From positions 4,442 through 68,441 of the forward strand of contig CAIMMQ010000017.1 of assembly GCA_903842675.1 (NCBI GenBank): a stretch of 64,000 nucleotides of DNA, read 5' to 3'. Both the position numbers and the translations under genes were made by a program. The DNA comes from an uncultured Actinomycetes bacterium (GTDB lineage Bacteria > Actinomycetota > Actinomycetes > Nanopelagicales > Nanopelagicaceae). Of the stretch, positions 11,356-19,480 are shown piece after piece (the stretch's first letter is position 1; every line of letters starts with the position of its first letter). The notes under the pieces were generated by a model, which searched no databases, was not told the DNA's origin, and was given only the letters and a program-made list of their open reading frames with translations.

Positions 11356-12303
11356 GTGAATATCCTGGAATTGCCACTTGCACGTGCTGCAATTGATCGC
11401 GCGGGCGAGCTTCGATTGGCACCCGAGAAATTATCGGAGTTGTGGGAGACCGGGCGAATAATTCATCTGGCCTCTGGAAAATTTCTAACCGCCGCCGATG
11501 CAAATTCGTTAAAGTTTTTAACCAAGGGCGACATAGTTAAATTGCAGGGCGCGGGTGAATTTGCCAGTGGCGAAAAATTATTTCTAGGAATTAGTGAAGG
11601 CGTTGGCTATTTCGCTTGGTGTGCCGATGCCATGGATCTGGAATCTCTCGCCCTTAAATTGGAATATAAAACCCTTCGCGAAATTGGTGATGGCTTAACT
11701 GACTTAGAGATGGGTCTGGCAATCCATGCACAGGCACTTTCAAATTGGCACCACACTCATCCACACTGCGCCAGATGCGGTGACACTACGACAAGTGCCC
11801 AAGGCGGTTCACTTCGAGTCTGTGACAAAGATGGATCAGAACATTATCCAAGGACCGATCCGGCGATAATTGTTTTAGTTAAAGATAAAGATGATCGCGT
11901 CTTACTTGGCCGCCAGAGTGTTTGGCCAGAACACCGGTTCTCGTGCTTTGCAGGATTTGTTGAACCAGGTGAATCTTTTGAGCAATGTGTGATTCGCGAA
12001 GTTGGCGAAGAAGCCGGCGTTGTTGTTTCAGAAATTTCTTATTTAGGATCACAACCTTGGCCATTTCCAGCCAGCATCATGATTGCCTTCCAAGCAACAA
12101 CTTTGCAGCCAGAATTGGCTCGGCCAGATGCCACCGAGATTGAAGAGATTAGATGGTTATCGCGCGAGCAAATGCGAGCCGCGGTTGCAGATGGATCACT
12201 TTTGCTTCCACCTGGCATGAGCGTTGCAAGAAAGATGATCGAATCTTGGTATGGCAAAAACGCTGCACAAGATCTATCTGGTGGCGAGCGGTGGCGGAGC
12301 TAA
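11356..12303 (+). CDS. nudC: NAD(H) diphosphatase NudC
   Basis: HCARCG Zn site, YPRTDPAII, Nudix box AGFVEPGESFEQCVIREVGEEAG, SQPWPFPAS signature. Confidence 0.93.
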   Translation: MNILELPLARAAIDRAGELRLAPEKLSELWETGRIIHLASGKFLTAADANSLKFLTKGDIVKLQGAGEFASGEKLFLGISEGVGYFAWCADAMDLESLALKLEYKTLREIGDGLTDLEMGLAIHAQALSNWHHTHPHCARCGDTTTSAQGGSLRVCDKDGSEHYPRTDPAIIVLVKDKDDRVLLGRQSVWPEHRFSCFAGFVEPGESFEQCVIREVGEEAGVVVSEISYLGSQPWPFPASIMIAFQATTLQPELARPDATEIEEIRWLSREQMRAAVADGSLLLPPGMSVARKMIESWYGKNAAQDLSGGERWRS

Positions 12304-12306
12304 GTC

Positions 12307-13977
12307 GTGGCACGCATTAATTCGAATAATCCACCCCCAGCAGCTTCCATGGAGCAGATCTTGGCGGGTTTGGATCCAGAGCAGCGAGAAGTTGTAACAG
12401 CTATCCGCGGTCCAGTCTGCGTAATTGCCGGCGCCGGAACTGGAAAGACTCGCGTAATTACCCACCGGATTGCTTATGCAATTGCCGCAGGAGTTACTGA
12501 TCCAAGTAAAACGCTGGCGTTAACTTTTACTGCGCGCGCAGCTGGTGAAATGCGGGCCCGCCTGCGCACACTTGGTGTTCCTAATGCAACGGCTCGAACT
12601 TTTCACTCAGCGGCGCTAAAACAATTAATGTATTTCTGGCCGTATTCATTCGGTGGTTCTTTTCCAAAGTTGTTGACGATGAAATCTGGGGCGATTGCTG
12701 AAGCTTTAAGTCGCACGGATTCATCTCTGGCACCGCAAACTTCCACCCTGCGCGATATTGCAAGTGAGATCGAATGGGCAAAAGTTTTAGAAGTTTCACC
12801 ATCAGAATATGTTGAGGCTGCTCTTGGTGCTGGTCGCCAAATTAGAATTCCAAATAATAAAGGCGACAAAGCAAACATGGAGGAGATCTCCAAGGTTTAT
12901 CAATCTTATGAAACGCTAAAACAACAAGAGCGTGCTATTGATTTCGAGGATGTCTTACTTCTTACTGTTGGGATGCTTGAAGAAGATCGGGGTGTGCGCG
13001 AGCGGGTTCGCGATCAGTATCGATATTTCACCGTCGATGAATATCAAGATGTCTCGCCTTTGCAACAACGGCTTCTAAATCTTTGGCTCGGCAATCGCGA
13101 AGAGTTATGTGTTGTGGGAGATGCTGCCCAGACTATTTATTCATTTGCCGGCGCCTCCTCCTCATTCTTACTTAGTTTTACCCAGCGCTTTCCCAAAGCC
13201 CAAGTGATTCGACTTTCGCGGGGCTATCGATCGACGCCAGAAATTATCGGTACCGCTAATGCAATACTTCGTCAGGGAGGAATGATTGGCGAGCACGGCC
13301 ATGAACTTGCCTCAATGAATGAGCACGGTGCAAAACCGATTGTCAGTAAGTTCGATAGTGCTGCAAGTGAAGTCAAGGCAGTGGTCGCAAAGATCGCGGA
13401 TTTAAAGGCGAAAACCCCGGGCCATGTTGAGGTGGCGATATTAACTCGAACAAACTCTCAACTCGATGCTTTCGAGCGAGAGCTAACGAACGCCAGAATT
13501 GAATCGCAAATAAAAAGTTCAGAGCGCTTCTTTGAGCGGGTAGATGTTCGAGATGCCATGCGACTTATTCGCCAGGCGTCAGTTCTTCCAACTGAAGGTG
13601 TTGATTGGTACTCCGATTTGGTTTCAGTTCTTCGCCCATTTGGTGAAACCGATTATGTTCATGCTTTTTTACGGCTCGCAAAGCAGATGCAAGAAGAAGG
13701 TGCAACATCCTTGCGTGCACTGCTTCGTGAACTTGAAGATCGTGCGGAACAGAACAACCCACCAACACTGCCTGGTGTTGTGCTGGCAACACTGCATTCG
13801 GCAAAGGGCTTGGAATGGGAACATGTATTTCTGGCTGGCGTCAGCGATGGGATTTTGCCGATGGGCGAAGATATTGATGAAGAGCGCCGCTTGTTTTACG
13901 TGGGCCTAACTCGGGCCCGAAGCGAGCTTCACCTCTCGTATTCCGGCACGCCCAGCCCATTTCTCGCTGGGATTTAA
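12307..13977 (+). CDS. uvrD2: ATP-dependent DNA helicase UvrD2 (no C-terminal HRDC domain)
   Basis: AGAGTGKTR, VDEYQDVS, GDAAQTIYSF, LHSAKGLEW, EERRLFYVGLTRA; lies between nudC and whiB7 as in mycobacteria. Confidence 0.85.
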   Translation: MARINSNNPPPAASMEQILAGLDPEQREVVTAIRGPVCVIAGAGTGKTRVITHRIAYAIAAGVTDPSKTLALTFTARAAGEMRARLRTLGVPNATARTFHSAALKQLMYFWPYSFGGSFPKLLTMKSGAIAEALSRTDSSLAPQTSTLRDIASEIEWAKVLEVSPSEYVEAALGAGRQIRIPNNKGDKANMEEISKVYQSYETLKQQERAIDFEDVLLLTVGMLEEDRGVRERVRDQYRYFTVDEYQDVSPLQQRLLNLWLGNREELCVVGDAAQTIYSFAGASSSFLLSFTQRFPKAQVIRLSRGYRSTPEIIGTANAILRQGGMIGEHGHELASMNEHGAKPIVSKFDSAASEVKAVVAKIADLKAKTPGHVEVAILTRTNSQLDAFERELTNARIESQIKSSERFFERVDVRDAMRLIRQASVLPTEGVDWYSDLVSVLRPFGETDYVHAFLRLAKQMQEEGATSLRALLRELEDRAEQNNPPTLPGVVLATLHSAKGLEWEHVFLAGVSDGILPMGEDIDEERRLFYVGLTRARSELHLSYSGTPSPFLAGI

Positions 13978-14018
13978 TTGATTTGCGTCAACACTGTGTC
14001 GTGGGTTACCCTTTTCTC
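13972..14018 (+). promoter_or_regulatory. WhiB7-type promoter (AT-rich tract, -35 and -10) of the leaderless uORF
   Basis: ATTTAATTGAT, then TTGCGT-N18-TACCCT-N6-ATG. Confidence 0.6.
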
Positions 14019-14204
14019 ATGTCACTACAAATAGCCGAATTCTCGGTCATTAACGCTAGCAACGCCGTTACTGGCGTCTCTTGGCGTACCCCGGTGTCAT
14101 CAGCAACCCCTTCAACACATAAGCATTTCGCTCATACCGCAGCAAATACAAATAAGTATTTTGCAGCCTATGGCGATTGCGGAACCTGGAGCAATATCGG
14201 ATAA
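14019..14204 (+). CDS. whiB7 leader peptide (uORF, 61 aa)
   Basis: Leaderless ATG 6 nt after the -10; stop lies 18 nt before the terminator hairpin; matches the whiB7/wblC leader layout. Confidence 0.65.
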   Translation: MSLQIAEFSVINASNAVTGVSWRTPVSSATPSTHKHFAHTAANTNKYFAAYGDCGTWSNIG

Positions 14205-14222
14205 GAACCGATACCTAGCCCC

Positions 14223-14266
14223 AGGGCCGCAAATCCGATAATCGGATGAGCGGCCCTTTTGCTTTT
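14223..14266 (+). terminator. Intrinsic attenuator terminator in the whiB7 leader
   Basis: AGGGCCGC..ATCCGAT-A-ATCGGAT..GCGGCCCT followed by TTTGCTTTT. Confidence 0.8.
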
Positions 14267-14281
14267 CCAGGGCAAATATCC

Positions 14282-14346
14282 AACCCGACTAGATAACCCG
14301 ACTAGATAACCCGACTAGATAACCCGACTAGATAACCCGACTAAAT
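14282..14346 (+). repeat. 13-bp tandem repeat (AACCCGACTAGAT) x5
   Basis: Four perfect copies plus one with a single mismatch, between the attenuator and the whiB7 RBS. Confidence 0.95.
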
Positions 14347-14388
14347 AAACCAACCCGAGAAAGAAAGAGAAAGATGGAGGTGAGAACG

Positions 14389-14745
14389 ATGAGCGTTCTC
14401 TTCAGCGAACTATTGGTACCAGGCTGGGCACAAGGCCCAGACGCGATGATTGGCATTACCGAGCTCTCGAATTACGAGACCAAGCTCCCTTGCCATTTGG
14501 TAAACCCGGAAACATTCTTCGCCGAATCAAAAGCCGAAATCTCTTATGCCAAGGCGCTCTGCGGTGAATGCCCGATGCAAGCCAGATGCCTAGAAGGCGC
14601 ACTTTCAAGAGGCGAGCCTTGTGGAATTTGGGGTGGCGAATTATTCGAGGATGGTCGCGTTATTCAAGAAAAGCGCGCACCGGGTCGACCACGACTTACG
14701 CCTATTGATGCTTCTGCCGAACTAGAAGAAGCGAAAGCAAGTTAA
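14389..14745 (+). CDS. whiB7: WhiB7/WblC Fe-S transcriptional regulator
   Basis: Four Cys (PC..LCGECP..RC), EPCGIWGGELF, AT-hook KRAPGRPR; RBS GGAGGTG before ATG 14389; follows uvrD2. Confidence 0.9.
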   Translation: MSVLFSELLVPGWAQGPDAMIGITELSNYETKLPCHLVNPETFFAESKAEISYAKALCGECPMQARCLEGALSRGEPCGIWGGELFEDGRVIQEKRAPGRPRLTPIDASAELEEAKAS

Positions 14746-15929
14746 AGAACGCACCCGCATCCGGAGTGTGGCCGAAAGTGAGCCGGCTCCGGATAGCAGG
14801 GTTCTAGTAAATTCATTCGAACACTGGATCCAATTAGTCGAGATTTTCCCGTCGCAGCAAATTGCGAAGTTTGAAGCACAACCAATCCAGCAATTGTTGC
14901 TACCGCGCTCGCCGGAAGTTCGAGAGCGTCATTTAAGGAATTCAGTAATTCAAATTTTTGAACTAGGGGATTATTCTCCGAACGCCACAACTCCAAACAA
15001 AATGCACATGGGCTCTGACCTGGAATAACTATTGGGCCGATCTCGATCTGGCTTTCTATTAGATCTGAAATTAATAAGTAGGGAATACCCTCACTCATCC
15101 ATCGTTGAACATAATCAGATTGCGCTCGCTCGGTTGAGATTATGAAAGATGGAATGGCTGGGAAAGTTGGCCGGACTAAAGTATTTAGCCCAGCCCCATT
15201 AGAAATCTCACTCATTACCGCATCAAAATCCATTCCCACATCGCTACTTCTAATACCCAATCCACAAACCTGATCAAGTGACACTTTTCGAGATTTTGCC
15301 GGACCATTTTGTGACCTCTGCAAAAGACCCTGGCTACGTGTGATCAATTTAGTCCTATTGAAACCACTTGCCTGAAAAAGCGTGAAGAGAGTTGTTGCCA
15401 AGCGATTTTTGCCAAAGATCAGGATTGCGAATTCTGCCCGGTCAACTATTTGATCGCGGGCTGATTTTTTATTTAAATTTTTATAGAGGGCTCGCTCACC
15501 GACCCCATCCTTACTGCCCGCAAGATTAACTGCCCAAGAATATAAATTTAACTCAGGCTTTAATTTAGCCTCCTGATTAATAAAACTTTGGCTTAAAAGT
15601 TCTCGGCTAGTTTTAACGCGCATCCGATTGGGCGAAAGTTCAATAAAGTTAAAAGTAAGCAGTGGATTTAAAAGTTTCGATATTTCAAGCTCACTTATCG
15701 ATTCATCTGCCTGCCCGCCCGCAACCTGATTCAAGATCTCGGCGATACTTAAACTGCCATCGAGAAGTTCAAGAACTCGATCTATTGCTGGCGAGTGCGA
15801 AATGAGAGCGAGACCACGATGGCGAAATCCCACGTAAATCTCATCTTCCCTATTTCTAAAATAACTGACCCCAGGACGAAAGCTTGGAAAAAGTTGCGAA
15901 TCAATTTCGGTTATTTCCTGCTTAGGCAT
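14742..15929 (-). CDS. Rv3196-like protein with a degenerate ThiF/E1-like (TOMM cyclodehydratase-scaffold-like) domain
   Basis: GIPYLLI..IEIGPIVIPGQSPCAFC and C-terminal PHSGCGC; syntenic position next to whiB7. Confidence 0.65.
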   Translation of the reverse strand: MPKQEITEIDSQLFPSFRPGVSYFRNREDEIYVGFRHRGLALISHSPAIDRVLELLDGSLSIAEILNQVAGGQADESISELEISKLLNPLLTFNFIELSPNRMRVKTSRELLSQSFINQEAKLKPELNLYSWAVNLAGSKDGVGERALYKNLNKKSARDQIVDRAEFAILIFGKNRLATTLFTLFQASGFNRTKLITRSQGLLQRSQNGPAKSRKVSLDQVCGLGIRSSDVGMDFDAVMSEISNGAGLNTLVRPTFPAIPSFIISTERAQSDYVQRWMSEGIPYLLISDLIESQIEIGPIVIPGQSPCAFCLELWRSENNPLVQKFELLNSLNDALELPASAVATIAGLVVLQTSQFAATGKSRLIGSSVRMNLLEPCYPEPAHFRPHSGCGCVL

Positions 15930-16120
15930 CTGCGAAGTATTTGCTACCTAGCGCCCGCTGCATTTCTAACTCCGCAAAAAGTGTGGAGAGCGAGCTAAAT
16001 TCTGATCGGAGCGTGTCCGACTTACTGCTACATGTGGGGTTGCCAGAAGACCCCGGCAAAAACCCGTTAAAAAAGCGCCCTAGACACCTCGCAATTATTT
16101 GCTACCAAATGCTGGCAACC

Positions 16121-16150
16121 AACAAAAGCGAAGAGCCCTAAGGCGCTCTT
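16121..16150 (-). terminator. Probable terminator after the DUF5679 gene
   Basis: AAGAGC..GCTCTT stem followed by CGCTTTTGTT on the minus strand. Confidence 0.45.
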
Positions 16151-16178
16151 CTAAATCAAACTGCTGCTTATCGGGTTA

Positions 16179-16337
16179 TTAAGCTTTACCCAAGATGCGG
16201 TTGACCTTCGTGCCACAAACTGGGCAGATGCCCTGTGCCATACGACGACCAGACTCAGAGACTTTTACGTGTCCTTCAAAGGCACGCTTCTCTTTGCACT
16301 TTACGCAGTAAGCCTCACCCTTATATTCCTCAGCCAT
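16179..16337 (-). CDS. Small Zn-ribbon protein, DUF5679-like (52 aa)
   Basis: Not in the ORF track; hand translation MAEEYKGEAYCVKCKEKRAFEGHVKVSESGRRMAQGICPVCGTKVNRILGKA, with two CxxC and a GGAGGG RBS. Confidence 0.85.
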   Translation of the reverse strand: MAEEYKGEAYCVKCKEKRAFEGHVKVSESGRRMAQGICPVCGTKVNRILGKA

Positions 16338-16606
16338 TATGACCCTCCAATCACCGCACTCTCAAAACTTTGGGAACATCCCGAAGCTCGCGTGCGTATG
16401 AGATCACCATACCCCCGAACACGCTCACAAGCGGGGATTTCACGCTTAACTTGTACCTATTTAACGTTAATTTGACGCTCATTTGGCGTTAATTCAGGCG
16501 CGACACCTGCCAGGCGCACGCCAGACACACGGGAGAGGTCTTTCTGGCCGCCGGGCAGCTGTTTTCTAGACCGGTAAAAGTTTTCTTTTCACACTCTTCG
16601 CACTAG

Positions 16607-16681
16607 TCGCGTCAGTCGAACTCCAAGACATCCGCGCTTTTCACATTTCTCGCGTCAGTCGAACTCCAAGACATCCGCGCT
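16607..16681. repeat. 32-bp direct repeat duplicating the 3' end of the metallopeptidase gene
   Basis: TCGCGTCAGTCGAACTCCAAGACATCCGCGCT at 16607-16638 and 16650-16681. Confidence 0.95.
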
Positions 16682-17329
16682 GTGACCAGCAGCGCCACTC
16701 TCATAGCCTTCAAGAAAAGCCTCAGCCTTTAATTTCTCGGGGTAGCGATTTAATAATTCGTAGAAATCATCATCGTGGCCAGCTACGCGCAGATGAATTA
16801 ATTCATGAAAAATCACATAGTTAAGGGCGTAACTTGGGGCGCTCATCAATCGATCCGAGATTCGAATTGTTCGATCAACGGTTGTGCACGATCCCCAGCG
16901 CTCGCGCATACTCCGCCAAGTTACTGAAGCAGGCCGCTCGTGAAAATCGGGAAGTAGGCTCTGTAAAAGCTCATCGCATAAGTCAAAAAGAACCGAGTCA
17001 CTCTTACGTAGTCGATTTTCTCGCTTTAGAACCAGATCAATCATCTCTGGGATGACTTCAAACTCTTGCTTGCGCGTTAGGCGATCTGGGATATGAATTT
17101 CAATTGCACCATTTTGCCGAAAGGCGCTGATACTGCGCTTTCGCCTTGAACTTCGGATGACTCGAAACTCTGGCAACTTGGCCAATAGCTCAGCTCGCTC
17201 ATTTTTTAGCGATTTTTTCTTATTAGATTGGCTGCTTAGTGGGAGTGGCATGAGGGGGAAGGTATCGGCGAAGATCTCACCTTGAATAAAGTTTTCCACT
17301 CCTGGCCCATCGGATGGCTCTTTAATCAC
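16655..17329 (-). CDS. YgjP/DUF45-like (M48-type) zinc metallopeptidase; start uncertain
   Basis: RSSRRKRSI, RWGSCT, YVIFHELIHL..GHDDDFY (HExxH). Confidence 0.85.
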   Translation of the reverse strand: MIKEPSDGPGVENFIQGEIFADTFPLMPLPLSSQSNKKKSLKNERAELLAKLPEFRVIRSSRRKRSISAFRQNGAIEIHIPDRLTRKQEFEVIPEMIDLVLKRENRLRKSDSVLFDLCDELLQSLLPDFHERPASVTWRSMRERWGSCTTVDRTIRISDRLMSAPSYALNYVIFHELIHLRVAGHDDDFYELLNRYPEKLKAEAFLEGYESGAAGHSADVLEFD

Positions 17330-17379
17330 TCTCTGCCTCTCCGAAGGTCCAAATTAGATGTAACCGGATTGATCTACTT

Positions 17380-17526
17380 TCATCCACAGCTTCATCCACA
17401 TAAAATGGAGGAAAATGGCGAGTTATCAACCGCTTATGCACAAGTTTATCAACAACAAGTAGAAAAGCCTTTCAAATAACGGATGAAACTACGGCAATCT
17501 CGCAAGATTCGCGCAATTGTGTAGAA
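17380..17526. promoter_or_regulatory. Cluster of DnaA-box-like 9-mers
   Basis: TCATCCACA x2 (17380, 17392), TTATCAACC (17423), TTATGCACA (17434), TTATCAACA (17446), inverted TTCTACACA (17518-17526). Confidence 0.55.
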
Positions 17527-17640
17527 AAAGTTTAATTATTTGCCTCGCGCGCTGCTTATATCCATTTTCGCCACGAAATCAAATCCTTTTAAGCGCGGTT
17601 GTTGTTTGATTATCGCCCGTGGCTGTCGTAAGTTTCCACC

Positions 17641-17719
17641 ACGAAGTCCTCGGATAACCGTTCATTGTTTGCAAGGGGAAGGCAAACAACGAATCGTGCG
17701 CCCGGGGGCTTCGCTTTTT
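17641..17719 (+). ncRNA. Candidate small RNA (long hairpin with an AAGGGGAAG loop)
   Basis: TTGATT-N17-TAAGTT-N6 promoter; 12-bp outer stem with two G-U pairs; 11/12-bp inner stem; 3' U-tract. Confidence 0.55.
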
Positions 17720-17740
17720 CTTGGCTGGTTGATTTGAAAG

Positions 17741-19042
17741 TTAAATCAAGCCAGACAAATCATCTGGAACGCTAGTGCTACTTAAAAATTTCTTAACATC
17801 AGCTAGATCCTGCGCAGTTGGTAAGAATGCGGGATCTTCCCAAAGCTCATCCCGGCCTTTTGCGCCAGTTGCATCAAGCTCCGCGCTCACCTCAAACCAA
17901 AATGTCGCACACTCGCGCATTTTTCTAGGTGAAACTTCTAAGCCCAGCAACGTTGTAAATAATTGTTGCGTTGGAGATTTTGTCGCCCGGCGCCGGCGTA
18001 GCGTCTCGCTAAGTGCAGGAAGCGTCGGCAAGCGATTTGCAACTGACTTGGTTGTTACATGATCGATCCAACCTTCTATCAGCGCAATTATCATCTCTAA
18101 TTTTGCCAGCGCCGCATCTTGTGTCGCACTCTGTTCAGGTTTAAATAGCCCAGCATTTATCGCAACCGAGATTGATTCTGGATTGTTGATATCTAATTCA
18201 CCTGAGTCAACGGCACGCTCGGCTTGTTCTTGAATTGAATTGATATCAATTTTGATTCCACGGCCGTATGCAGCAATTGCATCTCGAATATATTGCGCAA
18301 GCCAAGGAGTATGAGCAAATAATCTGGCAGCAGCAGCTTCGCGAACCGCTAGGAAAATGCGTACTTCATCTACTGGAATATCCAAGCCATCCGCCCAGAG
18401 ATCTACATTCTGTGGAATCAGGCGCGATTCAAGGGCTGCAGTCTTGAAGAGCGGTATTGCAACATCATTTGAACCGGTTACTGAGGTCGCTAACTGGCCA
18501 ACAGATTGGCCAAGTTGGGTTGCAATCAGGGAACCCATAAAGGCTCGCATGATCGGAGTTACGCCAGCCAATTCTGGCGCTTCGGCCATTGCAGTTTGAT
18601 TCAGGACTTCCGTCAGTGCACCAGCCATTCCCTCTGCCAACGGTTCTAGCATCTGCTGCCAACCAACAAGTGATGCATCTAGCCAATCTCGCCGGCTCCA
18701 CGCTGAAAGGTTTGTTTTAGTAGAAGCTGGGAAGAGTGTTGCCTCATCTAGCCAATTGTTTGCAATGTTAAAAGCTTCGTCAGTTTTTGCTAAGTCGATT
18801 GAACCGATTGGTAGCTCTGGATGAGTGGAAAGAGCGCGCCTAGAAATTTCTCGCAACGTCTCGATTGCAATAAGAGGTGCGCCAGATCCGCCAGCGCCGG
18901 CTGCAAAAAGAGTTTGTGGATTGATTCCAAAATTTGCGAATTGCGCAAAAAGTTCATTGAAGTCGGGACCGCCTGAATTATTTTGATTCGCGTTCTCAGG
19001 ATCATCTGGATTGGTTGGCCCGAAGCCAAAATTTCCACTCAT
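17741..19042 (-). CDS. Zinc-dependent metalloprotease-like protein (Rv3195/DUF2342 family)
   Basis: AWSRRDWLDASL, FLAVREAAAARLFAHTPWL, LEMIIALIEGWIDHV, RRRRATKSPTQQLF, RDELWEDPAFLPT. Confidence 0.8.
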   Translation of the reverse strand: MSGNFGFGPTNPDDPENANQNNSGGPDFNELFAQFANFGINPQTLFAAGAGGSGAPLIAIETLREISRRALSTHPELPIGSIDLAKTDEAFNIANNWLDEATLFPASTKTNLSAWSRRDWLDASLVGWQQMLEPLAEGMAGALTEVLNQTAMAEAPELAGVTPIMRAFMGSLIATQLGQSVGQLATSVTGSNDVAIPLFKTAALESRLIPQNVDLWADGLDIPVDEVRIFLAVREAAAARLFAHTPWLAQYIRDAIAAYGRGIKIDINSIQEQAERAVDSGELDINNPESISVAINAGLFKPEQSATQDAALAKLEMIIALIEGWIDHVTTKSVANRLPTLPALSETLRRRRATKSPTQQLFTTLLGLEVSPRKMRECATFWFEVSAELDATGAKGRDELWEDPAFLPTAQDLADVKKFLSSTSVPDDLSGLI

Positions 19043-19070
19043 GTGCCGCCCCCTAAGTTTTTCTTTCTCT

Positions 19071-19114
19071 CTACTAGTACCAACTTGTACCTACTAGTAC
19101 CAACTTGTACCTAC
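19071..19114. repeat. 20-bp tandem repeat (CTACTAGTACCAACTTGTAC) x2.2
   Basis: Directly visible in a divergent intergenic region. Confidence 0.9.
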
Positions 19115-19206
19115 AGATCCCAACATAAAGGTAACCATATCTTCCTGAAAAAACTTCCCGATTTGGGAGGCGAGAAATTCCACCAGCAAATTGTTAGGCT
19201 GGGCCC

Positions 19207-19461
19207 ATGAACTCCATAAATCTCGCTCTGGGCGGCAACGCCTTCGCAGCGTTGATCTGGTGGGTTATTCCAATCGGTGCCGTGCTTGGCGCGATTATCT
19301 ACGTGGTCTGGGTTTCCAAGTTCGCCGATAAGTATGCAAATGAGACCAATCGCTCGGTGGGCAACTTTAAGAGTTTCCAAGATAGCTTTCGCGGCGTTCG
19401 AGTTGTTTCAAAGCAACCGGATTCACAAGTCGGCAATCAACAAGCCGAGCAACTAGATTAA
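19207..19461 (+). CDS. Small single-pass membrane protein, unknown function
   Basis: Hydrophobic segment WWVIPIGAVLGAIIYVVWV; leaderless TAGGCT-N6-ATG. Confidence 0.65.
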   Translation: MNSINLALGGNAFAALIWWVIPIGAVLGAIIYVVWVSKFADKYANETNRSVGNFKSFQDSFRGVRVVSKQPDSQVGNQQAEQLD

Positions 19462-19480
19462 TTCACGGGCATCTAACTAA

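Noticed and set aside
14282-14346. CRISPR or iteron interpretation of the short tandem arrays (also 45578, 48259)
   Set aside because: Units are contiguous with no spacers, and no rep gene is nearby.
17380-17526. Chromosomal oriC
   Set aside because: No dnaA, dnaN or rpmH context, few boxes, and no clear unwinding element.
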